Assembly (NCBI GenBank): GCA_951406725.2
Contig: OX597842.1
Span: 744,001-808,000 of the forward strand
DNA: 64,000 nt
Source: Octopus vulgaris
Taxonomy: Eukaryota
Direction of reading: 5' to 3'
Below, piece by piece: positions 1-13,177 of the stretch (its first letter is position 1; the number at the start of each line of letters is the position of its first letter). Both the position numbers and the translations under genes were made by a program. Under the pieces are notes generated by a model that saw nothing but the letters and a program-made list of their open reading frames with translations, did not search any database and was not told the DNA's origin.

Positions 1-1116
1 CCCTCTCGGGAAAGACACCAATAGCAAGCGGGGTGCCACAGGGCACAGTCTTGGGACCCTTGCTGTTTTTGGTGGCGCTCTCTGACATGCCCTTGGTAGC
101 ACAAACAACATCCCTCACTAGCTATGCTGATGACACAAAGGTAGCACAGGCAATCAAAAACCCAGCTGATGCTGACCTTTTACAACAAGATCTGGATGCC
201 ATATACAAATGGGCTGAAGACAACAACATGCAATTTAATGCTGGTAAATTTCAAGCCTTACAATATCAAGCTGTAAACACATATACATTACAACACAACT
301 ATACTGGTCCAGGAGGGATCGAAATCCCAGTATCGAAATCAATACGGGACCTGGGGATAGACATGAGTGACGATGCATCTTTTTCTTCACACATCGCGAA
401 GGTGGCGACAATGTGCAGACGACTCACTGGCTGGATCCTGAGGACATTCCGGACAAGAGACTGCGAGACCATGTTGACACTATGGAGGACATTTGTCCTA
501 AGCCGCCTGGACTACTGCTCCCAACTGTGGTCACCGCATAGTGTCAAACTAACCACAGAGCTTGAGACAATCCAAAGACATTTCACCAAGAGGATTTCCA
601 CCATGAAAGAAAAGAACTATTGGGAGAGGCTTAGGGAACTCAATTTGTACTCCTTGGAACGAAGACGAGAGAGATATGCAGTGATATACATATGGAAAAT
701 CCTGGAGGGACTAGCACCAAATTTTGGAATTGAGAGCTGTTCCAATCCCCGTACAGGACGTCACTGTGTGGTGCCAAAGGTCCCGTCTTCCACATCCAGG
801 GTAAGGAGCAGATACTGTAATAGCCTGGGGTTCAGGGGCCCTCAGCTTTTCAACAAACTGCCAAGAAAACTAAGAGATCTACATGATGCGGATGTGGACA
901 TTTTCAAAAAACATCTAGACAAGCTGCTTTCCGGGATCCCAGATGAACCCACTGCAAGGTACGAAGGTAACCTAAGGGCAGCAGCTACAAACTCTCTCTT
1001 AGATCAGTGGCCAGCCACGGCAAACTGGACTTAGAGAGGGTAGCAACAAGGGCGGTGCCCCAGCATGGCCTCAGCCGGATGGCTGAAACAAGTAAAAGAG
1101 TAAAAGAGTAAAAGAG
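1..1116 (+). mobile_element. CR1/L2-group LINE, 3' portion of ORF2 (reverse transcriptase C-terminal half, ORF 33-1034) plus short 3' UTR and (TAAAAGAG)n tail
   Basis: PQGTVLGPLLF and YADD RT motifs, followed by the RDLG, LDYCSQLWSP and YWERL..L.LYSLERRRER C-terminal motifs. The frame is uninterrupted to TAG at 1032-1034. The element runs off the 5' edge of the window. Confidence 0.92.
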
Positions 1117-2145
<1,029 letters not shown>

Positions 2146-2626
2146 TGTGGTGAGTTCCAATATGTCAGATTCTTACATTTCCAGATTCAGCTATATATTG
2201 AGAAGCATATTTATGGTTTTGTATTGTAAAAACCAAATCAATATCTGTTTTCATTTGTGCGCACTTTCATATACACACACAGACATATATATACATATAT
2301 ATATGTCTGTGTGTGTGTGAAGATTTTATTCCTTGTATATGTACATTTGTAGTTGGCTGTGTGTGTGTGTGTGTGTGTGGAATGAAAAACAATGTCCTAG
2401 GGGACAAAAAAAACTGGTTCCATCTAAGGACAAAAAGACATCTTCCAAATATCAGGTTTTTTTTCTTCTCTCCATTGTATTGGAACTTGTCCAAACTTCC
2501 AAACTTCCCTTCACATGTGTGTATGTATGGACGAATGAATGGATGGATGCATAGAGAAAGAGTAAGACAGAGAGATGCATCCATTTACATGCACACATAT
2601 ACATGTGTGTATATATACACACACAC

Positions 2627-3397
2627 ATATGTGACCTTGTGTGTACCGTTGGCGATTTTTTTCCTCACAAATATACACACAGACACATATACATACACAC
2701 ACAAATATATACACACACACACACACATATATATACACACACACATATATGTGACCTCGTGTGTACCATTGGCGATTTTTTCCTCACAAATATACACACA
2801 GACACACACACATATATATATATATACACACACACATATGTGACCTCGTGTGTACCGTTGGTGATTTTTTTCCTCACAAATATACACAGACACATATACA
2901 TACACACACAAATATATACACACACACACACATATATATATACACACACACATATATGTGACCTCGTGTGTACCGTTGGCGATTTTTTCCTCACAAATAT
3001 ACACACAGACACACACACATATATATATATACACACACACATATGTGACCTCGTGTGTACCGTTGGCAATTATTTTCCTTACAAATATACACACAGACAC
3101 ATATACATACACACACAAATATATACACACACACACATATATATATATACACACACACATATATGTGACCTCGTGTGTACCGTTGGCGATTTTTTCCTCA
3201 CAAATATACACACAGACACACACACATATATATACACACACACATATGTGACCTCGTGTGTACCGTTGGCGATTATTTTCCTCACAAATATACACACAGA
3301 CACATATATATACACACACAAATATATACACACACACACACATATATATATACACACACACATATATGTGACCTCGTGTGTACCGTTGGCGATTTTT
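2627..3397. repeat. Minisatellite, 8 copies of atatgtgacctcgtgtgtaccgttggcgattttt...ctcacaaat with CA/TA spacers
   Basis: The core motif recurs with alternating spacing of about 120 and 85 bp. The last copy continues into a dispersed repeat at 3398-3570. Confidence 0.92.
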
Positions 3398-3565
3398 TCC
3401 CCCTCTGTCTTCCCTTCTCTGGATCTTTCCCCTATGTTTCCGACAAAGAGCTCTGCTCGAAATGTTAAACCCTCCTTCTTCCTTTCTTTCCTGAGTGTCC
3501 AATAATACTATATTTGTTCCACATCCTTGCGTTGTGTTTTTTTGTGCTTTCTTGTTTGGATTAAC

Positions 3566-3570
<5 letters not shown>
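3398..3570 (+). mobile_element. Penelope-like short repeat carrying a degenerate hammerhead motif
   Basis: gttt-ccgacaa-a-gagc tct gctc-gaaa-tgtt-aaac at 3436-3470. A related inverted copy lies at about 17340-17530. Confidence 0.55.
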
Positions 3571-3599
<29 letters not shown>

Positions 3600-3717
3600 T
3601 ACAAAAAATTAATACAAATATATACATATGCACTAAGTTTTAATGTTCTAGCTCACTTCCACTGTTTACAGCAGTGCTTGGAAGGAAGGTGTGTAGTGTG
3701 TGATCGTCGCACTGACC

Positions 3718-3801
3718 TTGACAAAGAAAGTTGAGCAGAGAATCTGCATCAAATTTTGTCATAAGCTTTGCAATACCTGCTCAGAGGCCTATGCAAAATT
3801 T
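3718..3801 (+). pseudogene. mariner transposase N-terminal HTH fragment
   Basis: Translates as TKKVEQRICIKFCHKLCNTCSEAYAKF, matching the mariner EQR..IKFC.KL start. Confidence 0.7.
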
Positions 3802-4418
3802 TCAAAAAGTTTTCATTGTTCTTGACACAGGCGCAGGAGGAGCTTTGTGGTAAGTAGCTTGCTAACCAACCACATGGTTCCGGCGTCATTCCCACTGCGT
3901 GGCATCTTGGGCAAGTGTCATCTGCTATAGCCCCGGGCTGACCTTGTGAGTGAATTTGGTAGACGGAAACTGAAAGAAGCCTGACCTATATATGTATATA
4001 TATATATGTATGTGTGTGTGTGTTTGTGTGTCTGTGACTGTCCCCCTATCATTGCTTGACAACCGATGCTGGTGTGTTTACGTCCCCGTCACTTAGCGGT
4101 TTGGCAAAAAGAGACCGATAGAATGAGTACTGGGCTTGCAAAAAGAATAGCCGCAGTCAAATGACTGAAACAAGTAAAAGAGTAAAAAGAGTAAAAGAGT
4201 AATCAAGATTTTGTGCAACTGATACCCCGAGTGTCTTTTTGGTCAGCGGAAAGCAGTTTTGGTACGAACGTGGAATACACATGTCTCATACCCAAATCTT
4301 CAGTGATAATGGACTGACCTGAACTCTAACTAATCTGCACATCCTCTGATAACTCACAGGTGGTGATTTGACGATTTTCCCTCATGGCTACATGCACATC
4401 TGTGATGTATTTTTCAGT
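3794..4418 (-). pseudogene. Inverted mariner transposase fragment (second HTH and linker), interrupted by a SINE at 3830-4200
   Basis: Minus strand reads RENRQITTCELSEDVQIS*SSGQSIITEDLGMRHVYSTFVPKLLSADQKDTR and resumes after the SINE as CVKNNENFLKIL. Confidence 0.75.
3830..4200 (+). mobile_element. tRNA-headed SINE, dominant family (SINE-A)
   Basis: ggcgcagg head with Pol III A/B-box-like motifs, CORE-like cttgggcaagtgtc, internal TA/TG microsatellite, and tail cagtcaaatgactgaaacaagtaaaagag. Confidence 0.88.
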
Positions 4419-4420
4419 CA

Positions 4421-5185
4421 GAAAATTGGGTCAATCGATTCCTCACAAATTTTCTGAGCTTAATCACGTGCAGAAAGTGAATGTGTGCTCTTCTTTGCTG
4501 TCAAGTCTCATGAATCAACCCTTTTTTTTTTAGACAGAATAGTGACTGGTGACGAGAAATGGGCTCCCTATAAACATATCAAGCGCCGAAGACAGTGGGT
4601 AGGGAAAGGAGAAACATCAGCACTCCAGACTAAAGAAGGTCTTCACCCACATAAGGTGTTGTTATCTGTTTGGTGGGATATGAAAGGTTTAGTCCACTTT
4701 GAACTTTTAAACCCAAACCAAATGATAACAAAGGAAATCTACCATGAGCAGCTTGAGCTGCTTAAGTCAGCACTAGAAGAAAAACAACCATCTTTGGTTT
4801 CAAGATGAAAGGTGTTCTTCCATCAGGATTATGCACAACCACATACAGTAAGGATGACATTCCAAAGGCTGGAGCAGTTTGAATGGGAAACAATGCCTCA
4901 GCCACCATATTCGCCAGATATTGCCCCATCTGGTTATCATTTATTCTGCAGTCTTCAAAATCATTTGGATGGAAAAACAATATGAATTCTGTAGACAAGA
5001 TCAGAACAGTACTGGTGGAGTAATTTTTGTCAATGAATTTTGGAAGAGGGACCTTGCAAGTCTAGCAGACAGATGGCAGAAAATGGAGAGTATATTTTAG
5101 ATTAAAAAAGAACTTTGTTTATCTCGATTTTGAAAAAATAAAAGAAGTATAAAAAACACTGCATTATTTATGGGATGACCAAATA
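4421..5185 (+). mobile_element. mariner (DD34D-type) element, decayed catalytic domain plus 3' TIR
   Basis: Reads KLGQSIPHKFSE (WVPHEL-like), RIVTGDEKW, VWWD, HQDYAQPH, PPYSPDIAPSGYHLF. Stop at 4806-4808. Terminal gcattatttatgggatgaccaaa followed by TA. Confidence 0.92.
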
Positions 5186-5190
5186 CATAC

Positions 5191-5235
<45 letters not shown>

Positions 5236-7417
5236 TATATAATATAAATATATGCACATATATATGTACATACCTACATATATATGTATATATACATGCA
5301 TATATGGGTACAGGACATTAAAAAAATGTTAAACACAATGAGAAACGAAAACATAAAAACAAAAGGAAGCTGCTGACCTCCCCTGTTCGAAGGTTATAAT
5401 GGACACAGGTTTGTGTGTCACATAGCTAGCTAGAGGTGATGGCTTCTTGGAGCTAATCAACAGCAGCATTTGTCCTATTTTTCTGGACTGTCATGTTAGC
5501 TTGGCGATAACTATTAATATCCAGTACCACTGCCGTAGTCTCCTTTAGATAGACTTAGAAATATTAATATATATATTACATTAAAAATGAATTTCAATCT
5601 TTCTTGCTTACTTGAAATGTTACACAGCTAAACTGGCACATAATGGGAAAATACTATGAATTAAGGTTCCCTTGAAATGTGAATACAAACGGAATAAAAC
5701 AAGTTTCACATAAATTGCACCAGTGGTTCTTGAGATATGGGGAGTATTAATACCCAAAACAGTTCATAATGGGAAAATACTCCAAAAATGACTTAATCTT
5801 CAATTAGACACATTAGTGACTTTAACTTGCCAACGAAAAACTATAAGTTATTTTACAGTAAATGTTTCTATTTTCACTTTTGTTAAACACAGTAGTTTAA
5901 ACATTTAGAAATACTTTTAAGTAAATGTGATTTCAAAAATGTAAATAATGTACAGTAAGTATTTATATTTTAGCTTTCTTTAAACAGACAATATTTTAAT
6001 CTTTTTAACAATTATTTTCAAGTGAGCACCATTACAAACATTTTTTTTGGCATATTTTAAAAATATTTTAAAGTGAAAATGACTTCAGATATACAGTAAA
6101 GATTTTGTAAAAGACTCGTTTGTAACCTGTGTGAAATAATTTTTTTCCATTTTCAGTGCATTCAACATATCTAATCTTCAAAGATTTGGCTGCTATTTCT
6201 AGTACGCCCTGCAACCACGTAACAACTATTTGTACTAAAGGATCTGAAATAGCTGTTACGTGGTAGCAGGGTGTGCAAGAAATAGCAGTGAAATCTTTCT
6301 TTTCTGGGGAAAGGAGCCGTTTACGCATGATTTTGATGTCACATTTGTTGAAAGCATGTGAAATAACCAGGAAAAGAAAAAAACTTTGAAACAAAACTCT
6401 GTTGGTGGGAAACTCAAAGAAACTCCAAGATCCCTACAACCCTTGCCCCTTTTCGTTTCTGGAAGGGTGGTTTGGTGGTAAGGTATGTTGCATGCACTTG
6501 AAAAGAACTTTACCCAAGATTGGAACCAGCATGCGAATAGAAAGACTGATGAGATTGATAAAGCAAGGGTTGAGCATCTGGCAGAACAGAGGGAAAGAGA
6601 CAGAAGCAGGAGAGATCCGGAATCAGACGGTCATGTGAATACAAATGGAACAAAACAAGTATTTTGTAGATCAGACCACAGATTACTGAGATACATGTTT
6701 TTTTATGGGTACCTTTATAAATAGCCAAACTGATGTATAACAGGAAAAATGCTTTGAAAGTAAGGTGCCATTAAAATGTGAATACACAGAGAATAACAGA
6801 AGTTTCATGTAAATCGGACCACGGATTCCTGATATACATGGTTTTCTTGGGTACCTTGAACTATTGGTGGCCCAACAGGTCATCGGTAGTCTAGTATAAA
6901 TATATACATAGATATTAAACTATGGTTGCAGAACAATCAAATATAAGGTCATCCACGTAACATTTCATATCTCAAACATTTAATCACGTAATGCTTTTTC
7001 TTACACATAGAATATAGATGCATAAAATCACGGAAGATGAAGCAGATCTCATCAATACAAGCATATAAGAAAAATATAAGAAAAATGTGTGAATACAGTC
7101 CATTGCGGTTAAAAGTTAATGATTAATACTTTAGTGACTAAAAAAATTATATATTTTAACATTACAACATCAAGAATAATAATGCATAAAAATATTAAAA
7201 AATATATAAATATATAGATATATAAAAAGATATAAAAATACATATATATAGGAAACATATAAATAAATAATATATAAGGTAAGATAAAAGTTTTCATTGT
7301 GTATAGTCAGATCTGAAACACTGATTTGCATATTTATTCTTAATATGTTTTGATTGATTTGACTGCAAATATGCTAATAGCTGTTGAGTTCCTCACATGA
7401 GAACAATTTCCCCCTTT

Positions 7418-7720
7418 TACAATGAGTGTGTTCACAATGCATAGCTGTCCAACGTCTTCAAATACAGTCAACATGATGCTGCAAACAAGATGTTGAACAG
7501 AGTGATTCAAAAAGAAATTGGTTTCATTTCAAATTGGTCCACAGATACAGATTTACAATAAGCATACCAAAAGGTGATAGTGCCAAGAAGGCCAGAGTTT
7601 TGTGTATAATGTAAAAGATATGCCACAAAAAGTGCTGCCTATTTTTGCATGAAAATAGTTTATTAATTGTAGTCTTGTCGTATGAATTTGACCCCCCCAT
7701 GTTTTGAATTACACGTTCCT
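7418..7720 (+). pseudogene. Possible piggyBac-like transposase C-terminal remnant
   Basis: Interrupted frames give YNECVHNA*L, then KKARVLCIM*KICHKKCC and CV*CKRY...YFC...CFELH. This resembles the piggyBac Cys-rich tail, but there are many stops. Confidence 0.3.
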
Positions 7721-7848
7721 TCATATTATTACATTGGAAGTCAAAAATTGTAGAAAAAGTTAGTTAACCCAAACAATGGACTATTCAAATTAGGGCCAGA
7801 TTAAAACCTATAGAGGCCCTCAAAATTATATTTCCAATCACATATACC

Positions 7849-8235
7849 TCTTTACTCTTTTACTTGTTTCAGTCATTTGACTGCGGCCATGCTGGAGCAC
7901 CGCCTTTAGTCGAGCAAATCGACCCCGGGACTTATTCTTTGTAAGTCTAGTACTTATTCTATCGGTCTCTTTTGCCGAACCGCCAAGTGACAGGGACGTA
8001 AACACACCAGCATCAGTTGTCAAGCGATGTTGTGGGGACAAACACAGACACACAAACACACATACATATATACGATGGGCTTCTTTCAGTTTCTGTCTAC
8101 CAAATCCACTCACAAGGCATTGGTCGGCCCGGGGCTATAGCAGAAGACACTTGCCCAAGATGCCACGCAGTGGGACTGAACCCGGAACCATGTGGTTGGT
8201 TAGCAAGCTACTTACCACACAGCCACTCCTGAGCC
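7849..8235 (-). mobile_element. SINE-A, near full length
   Basis: Reverse complement of the SINE-A consensus from head to tail. Confidence 0.9.
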
Positions 8236-8344
8236 TCCTACCATCTCAAATATTTTTGGAAGTTTAAAGGATATCTTTTGTGCTGTAAACTATTTACAAT
8301 TTCTATGGTACCCTGTTTCCCTTAATGCCTTAAGCATGTGGATG

Positions 8345-9051
8345 CAGGGCTGGATTAAGAGCCATAGAGGCCCTAAGCACATAAAAGATTTTGGTAACTC
8401 TATATATATGTCATTTAAATAATAAACAACAATAAACGATAAAATATATTTTTAAAAGTGAGATGAAATTAACAGAAAGATTGAAAATAATGCTTTCTTT
8501 TGTATATTTCTACTTCATTTATATTTGAAAAATTTTCTCCTACTTTTTTTTTTTTTTAAACGTGGAGGCTCATGGCTTAGTGGTTAGGGTGTCAGCATCA
8601 TGATTGGAAGATTGTGATTTCGATTCCTGGACCAGGCGACACATTGTGTTCTTGAGCAAGACACTTCATTTCACGTTGCTCCAGTCCACACATCTGAAAA
8701 AAATGAGTAATGCTGCGATGGACTGGCGTCCCACCAACCTGGGGAACACATACGCCATTGAAACCGGGAAACCTGGAAACCGGGCCCATGAACCTGGCTA
8801 GGCTTTAACAGGGCGCATTTATTTTTTATTTATGTTTCTTAAAAGCAAAATTTTCACTCAAATCCTCACTATGACACCATGAACACTTTAAAATCATATT
8901 TCTGGCCATATATACCACTTGAAATACTATTGTAGCAAGTTTAAGGTGATTGCTTTTGTGTTGTAAAAAATTTTACCATTTCTGTGATGTCCCCACTACC
9001 CTTAGTGCTCTAAGCATGCCCTTATTTTGCTTAACGGTTAATCCAGTGCTA
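8345..9051. mobile_element. hAT-like MITE with nested SINE
   Basis: Imperfect terminal inverted repeats cagggctggattaa ... ttaatccagtgct. A related end occurs at about 7792. Confidence 0.55.
8562..8830 (+). mobile_element. tRNA-headed CORE-like SINE (SINE-B)
   Basis: A box tggcttagtgg, B box ttcgattcc, then tgtgttcttgagcaagacact and gcgatggactggcgtccc. A partial copy lies at 29755-29865. Confidence 0.82.
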
Positions 9052-9479
9052 ATTCAAAGCATTGAAGGTTTGAATTAATACAATATTGACATTCCTCACA
9101 GTTGTTCAGTCAATATTATTATTTTGACACTCAAAGAAAGAAACAAATTAAAAGTTATAACGTTTTGGAGAAAGTCCTTCATCAGACACTAAAGGAGACA
9201 TTGGGAAGAGAAGGTAGAGAAAGACAAGGGGTATAAAAGAGGAGAGAATCAGAGAAAAAGTGATTATGGGTTAAGTGTACATGTTTGACTGCTGATCTTT
9301 TCTAGAGGGTCTGAATTGTCCTCTCACATCAAGATAAAAGGTGATGCCTACTCCACTTAGATGGAAGGGCACCCTTGTGGTCTAATTGGGCATAGAAAGA
9401 TCCCTTGATTTCTTATGAATCAAAGGGAATGAGAGCTGTCTAAACCACATTTAAACTAGCCCTAATGGAATAGATTGGA

Positions 9480-9575
9480 AGAGGGTAAGTAAGAGGGTAA
9501 GAAGAAGGAGAAGGAGGAAGATGAGGAGGAGAAGAAGGGGGAGGAGGGGGAGGGGAGGAGGAGAAGAAGAAGAAG

Positions 9576-9606
<31 letters not shown>

Positions 9607-9661
9607 GGAAGAAGAAGAAGAAGAAGTAGAAGAAGACGAAGTGGAAGAAGAAGAAGAAGAA
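9480..9661 (+). repeat. (GAA)n/(GGA)n purine tract
   Basis: Direct reading. The poly-Glu ORF here is an artefact. Confidence 0.93.
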
Positions 9662-10577
9662 TTACTAATCACTACAGCAAAATCTAACTTGAAATACAGA
9701 GATTCAAAAGGACATTTTGAAAATGAAATAAGATGTCTTAAAAAATATTCCCCTCTTAACCATTTGCAGATTAAAAGTGATTGATGATACTGTTTACTAA
9801 TTTCATAATAATGAGACTTACTGCTTGAAATTGCAGTAAAAAATATACTAAAATATAACACTGAAAATTCCCTAACAGAACACAGAAGACAAGACAATAC
9901 TAAAACACCAAAATGCAATCAACTTCAGTGAATATTAAACCATATAATTATAAAGCCATTTTGTAACAAAAAAAGCAAAAAGCCTCCATTGTTAAGCAAA
10001 CGATTATGGCAGCCATATTGTTTTTTTTTCCCTTGTTAAATTACTGCTGAAGAGCAAACGCAATCTGCAAATTTTCTCTTCTTTGTCTGGTTATTAGTAT
10101 ATTTCGGTATTTGCATTTGGTGTAGAATATATTTGCAAACAATTTTCAGACATTTTTGATACAAGAAATTTCTGCATATGTGTGTATATTATGTGTATAC
10201 CATGTTTGATATTTTTACATATTTATGTGTGATGTTATATAATGAGCTAGCATTTCGAAAGGTCAAATCTGTTATAATGGTGTTACGGATTTAAATACAT
10301 ATTTGCTTTTACTCTATGAAGACGTATTGTAAAGAAAGGGGGCATGCTGTGTTGTTGGAGCAGGAAAACAAACAATGGTAGCCATGTATTCATATATACA
10401 TAATATATACATACAATACATATATGTATATATATATATACACATACATATATATATACAAATATATATATAAATATATATATATAAATACACATACATA
10501 TATATATACAAATATATATATAAATATATATATATAAATACGCATAATGCTTACATATATATCTATATAGATCTATT

Positions 10578-10609
<32 letters not shown>

Positions 10610-10653
10610 AATTTATATTTATATATATGTATATATATATATATACATGTATA

Positions 10654-10693
<40 letters not shown>

Positions 10694-11159
10694 CATGTGT
10701 ATATGCATATATATATATATACAAATATATAAATACAGATAAATGCATATATATATACATATATACAAATATATAAATACATATAAATGCATACATATCT
10801 ATCTATCTAACTATCTATCTACTTATTTATCTAGTTATATATATATATACACACATATACATGCATATATATATATATATATATATATATACAAGTATGT
10901 ATATATATATATATATATATATATACACAAATGCTGTGGTAAAAAGCATGCTAAAATACAACTGACAAGAAGGAAAAATATATAAAAGAAAATATATATA
11001 TATCTAGATGGAAATATGTACATAGCTTGTGAAAAGAGAACGTTATAAATACATCATAAGACAGATACATTACACAGCAAATACAACTCACAAAACAAAC
11101 AAAAACTTGAAAAGAAAAGCGAAAATACAGTAAAATAAATTTATAAAAAAACTACCTAC

Positions 11160-11485
11160 CTTATTTGCTACAAGTGAAAGTTGTGTTAATACGATATAAA
11201 TGTATATATATTAAGAGATAAACATTCGCAGAAAGACAATTGTTCCTGTTTTGTACAAAAGAATGTTGAAGTTAAAAACGAAAAAACTTATTGATAAATA
11301 CGGTATAACAAGTGAATATTTTGAATGACAAAGGTTTAGAAAAGATTCTACGTTACAATAGAATTGTTTTGGAAACAAACGGTAAATAAATTGGAACAAT
11401 AAAACAGTTTTACAAAGATAAAATTTGTGTATAACAAATAATTGTACTATCGCACGAAATAAAAATGGCTACCACAAACGCATGC
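11160..11485 (-). promoter_or_regulatory. Candidate promoter / non-coding first exon
   Basis: Unique sequence retaining several CpGs, a YY1-like aaaatggc at 11462-11469, and a minus-strand donor AAG|GTAGGT at 11160/11159. Confidence 0.25.
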
Positions 11486-12131
11486 ATATACATATATATA
11501 TATATATATATATGTGTGTTATTTTAACAAGGAAACTGTATTCATTGAGAAATATGTATAATAAGCAAGATTAGAAATGAAAGCATTGAAAACAAGACAA
11601 AATATTAGTTGAAAATTTGAAGAGAAAAAATAGGATTTATGGAAAATGCAAACAGATTTCAAGAATGCCACCAGATGGAGTATGTTTAAGAAGTGTACAA
11701 AATATAAACTTTATAAAATATAAACTTTATAACATGAGGAAGCTCTAACAAAATGGATGAATAGATTATTTAAAGAATACGGTAATTAATTCAGACTATT
11801 AAAGACTTCTTTTTCTATAATTATGCTAGATGTAGAAATAGTGTCCTTATCATCATCATTAACATTCATTTTGTCATGCTTGCATGGATTGGATGTAATT
11901 AATAAACTAAGGCAAATTTTCTAAGACTGGATGCCTTTCCTGTTGCAAACCCTCGCCTGTTTCCAAGCAAAGTAATATTTGCCCCCCCTCCACCACCATG
12001 AACAGACATATACTTGCAGAATATTGGAAATGAATGGCACTATTCGTATGACAGTGGCAATCACTTTACAACTATCAGAAGATGCAATGGCAAAGAGACA
12101 CAAACACACACACACTTAGATGTATATATTA

Positions 12132-12518
12132 CTAGCAGTGTCGCCTGGCATCGCTTGTTTCGACCCTTTAGAATTGGAATTTTTGAAAAGAAAAATTTTT
12201 TCATTATGTAGCTTGTTATTCTCTTTAAGTGAACATTTTTCTGGTTGAAATACACTGAAAAATGGCGACACAGCAGTCAAAAAATTGTAAAAAATAGGGA
12301 TTTTCATAGAAAAAAAAGCACCTTTTTGATGTAAATAATTTTTGGTGTTAACATGGTCCGATTTGAATTTTATCTTCTACGGAATGAAGAGCAAGCCTTC
12401 TTCTATCATACTCTCAATTTTGGTCAACTTGCGCCACAGGGTTTCGGAGGAGATAGTGTTAGTTGAAGGTTACCAAACCTGCCATACACAGACAACTTCA
12501 GCTTTATATATATATAGA
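12132..12518 (-). mobile_element. Non-autonomous Helitron
   Basis: Minus strand starts TC (tctatatatataaagc) and ends CTAG, inserted between A and T. The subterminal GC-rich segment matches the Helitron ends at 54825 and 55970. Confidence 0.8.
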
Positions 12519-12652
12519 TTTTGGTTGAATCAACCTCTGGCCACTCTGAATTTATACCGTTTGGTACACAGGATCTTCAATCCAGTCACCACTTGCAGTC
12601 ACAACATATGAACAGCAAACAGACACATACACATATATAGAACATGTATAAG

Positions 12653-13177
12653 TGCAGGAGTGGCTGTGTGGTAAGTAGCTTGCTTACCAACCACATGGTT
12701 CCGGGTTCATTCCCACTGTGTGGCACCTTGGGCAAGTGTCTTCTACTATAGCCTCAGGTCGACCAAAGCCTTGTGAGTGGATTTGGTAGACAGAAACTGA
12801 AAGAAGCCTGTCGTATATATGTATATATATATAAATAGGCACAGGAGTGGCTGTGTGGTAAGTAGCTTGCTTACGAACCGCATGGTTCTAGGTTCATTTC
12901 CACTGTGTGGCACCTTGGGCAAGTGTCTTCTACTATAGCCTCAGGTCGACCAAAGCCTTGTGAGTGGATTTGGTAGACAGAAACTGAAAGAAGCCTGTCG
13001 TATATATGTATATATATATAAATAGGCACAGGAGTGGCTGTGTGGTAAGTAGCTTGCTTACGAACCACATGGTTCTAGGTTCATTTCCACTGTGTGGCAC
13101 CTTGGGCAAGTGTCTTCTACTATAGCCTCAGGTCGACCAAAGCCTTGTGAGTGGATTTGGTAGACAGAAACTGAAAG
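12653..13177 (+). mobile_element. Three tandem SINE-A heads
   Basis: A unit of about 186 bp (ggagtggctgtgtggtaag...gaaactgaaaga) is repeated three times. The copies share the diagnostic variant tcaggtcgacc. Confidence 0.9.

Noticed and set aside
2585-3604. Repeat-spacer appearance and 300+ aa ORFs
   Set aside because: The spacers are CA/TA microsatellite, not unique sequence. The ORFs are artefacts.
6402-6724. Two short natural-looking ORFs (78 and 79 aa)
   Set aside because: No recognisable domain and no convincing splice sites; the 3' part overlaps a degenerate repeat.
9451-9918. Poly-Ser and poly-Glu ORFs
   Set aside because: They derive from a (GAA)n tract.
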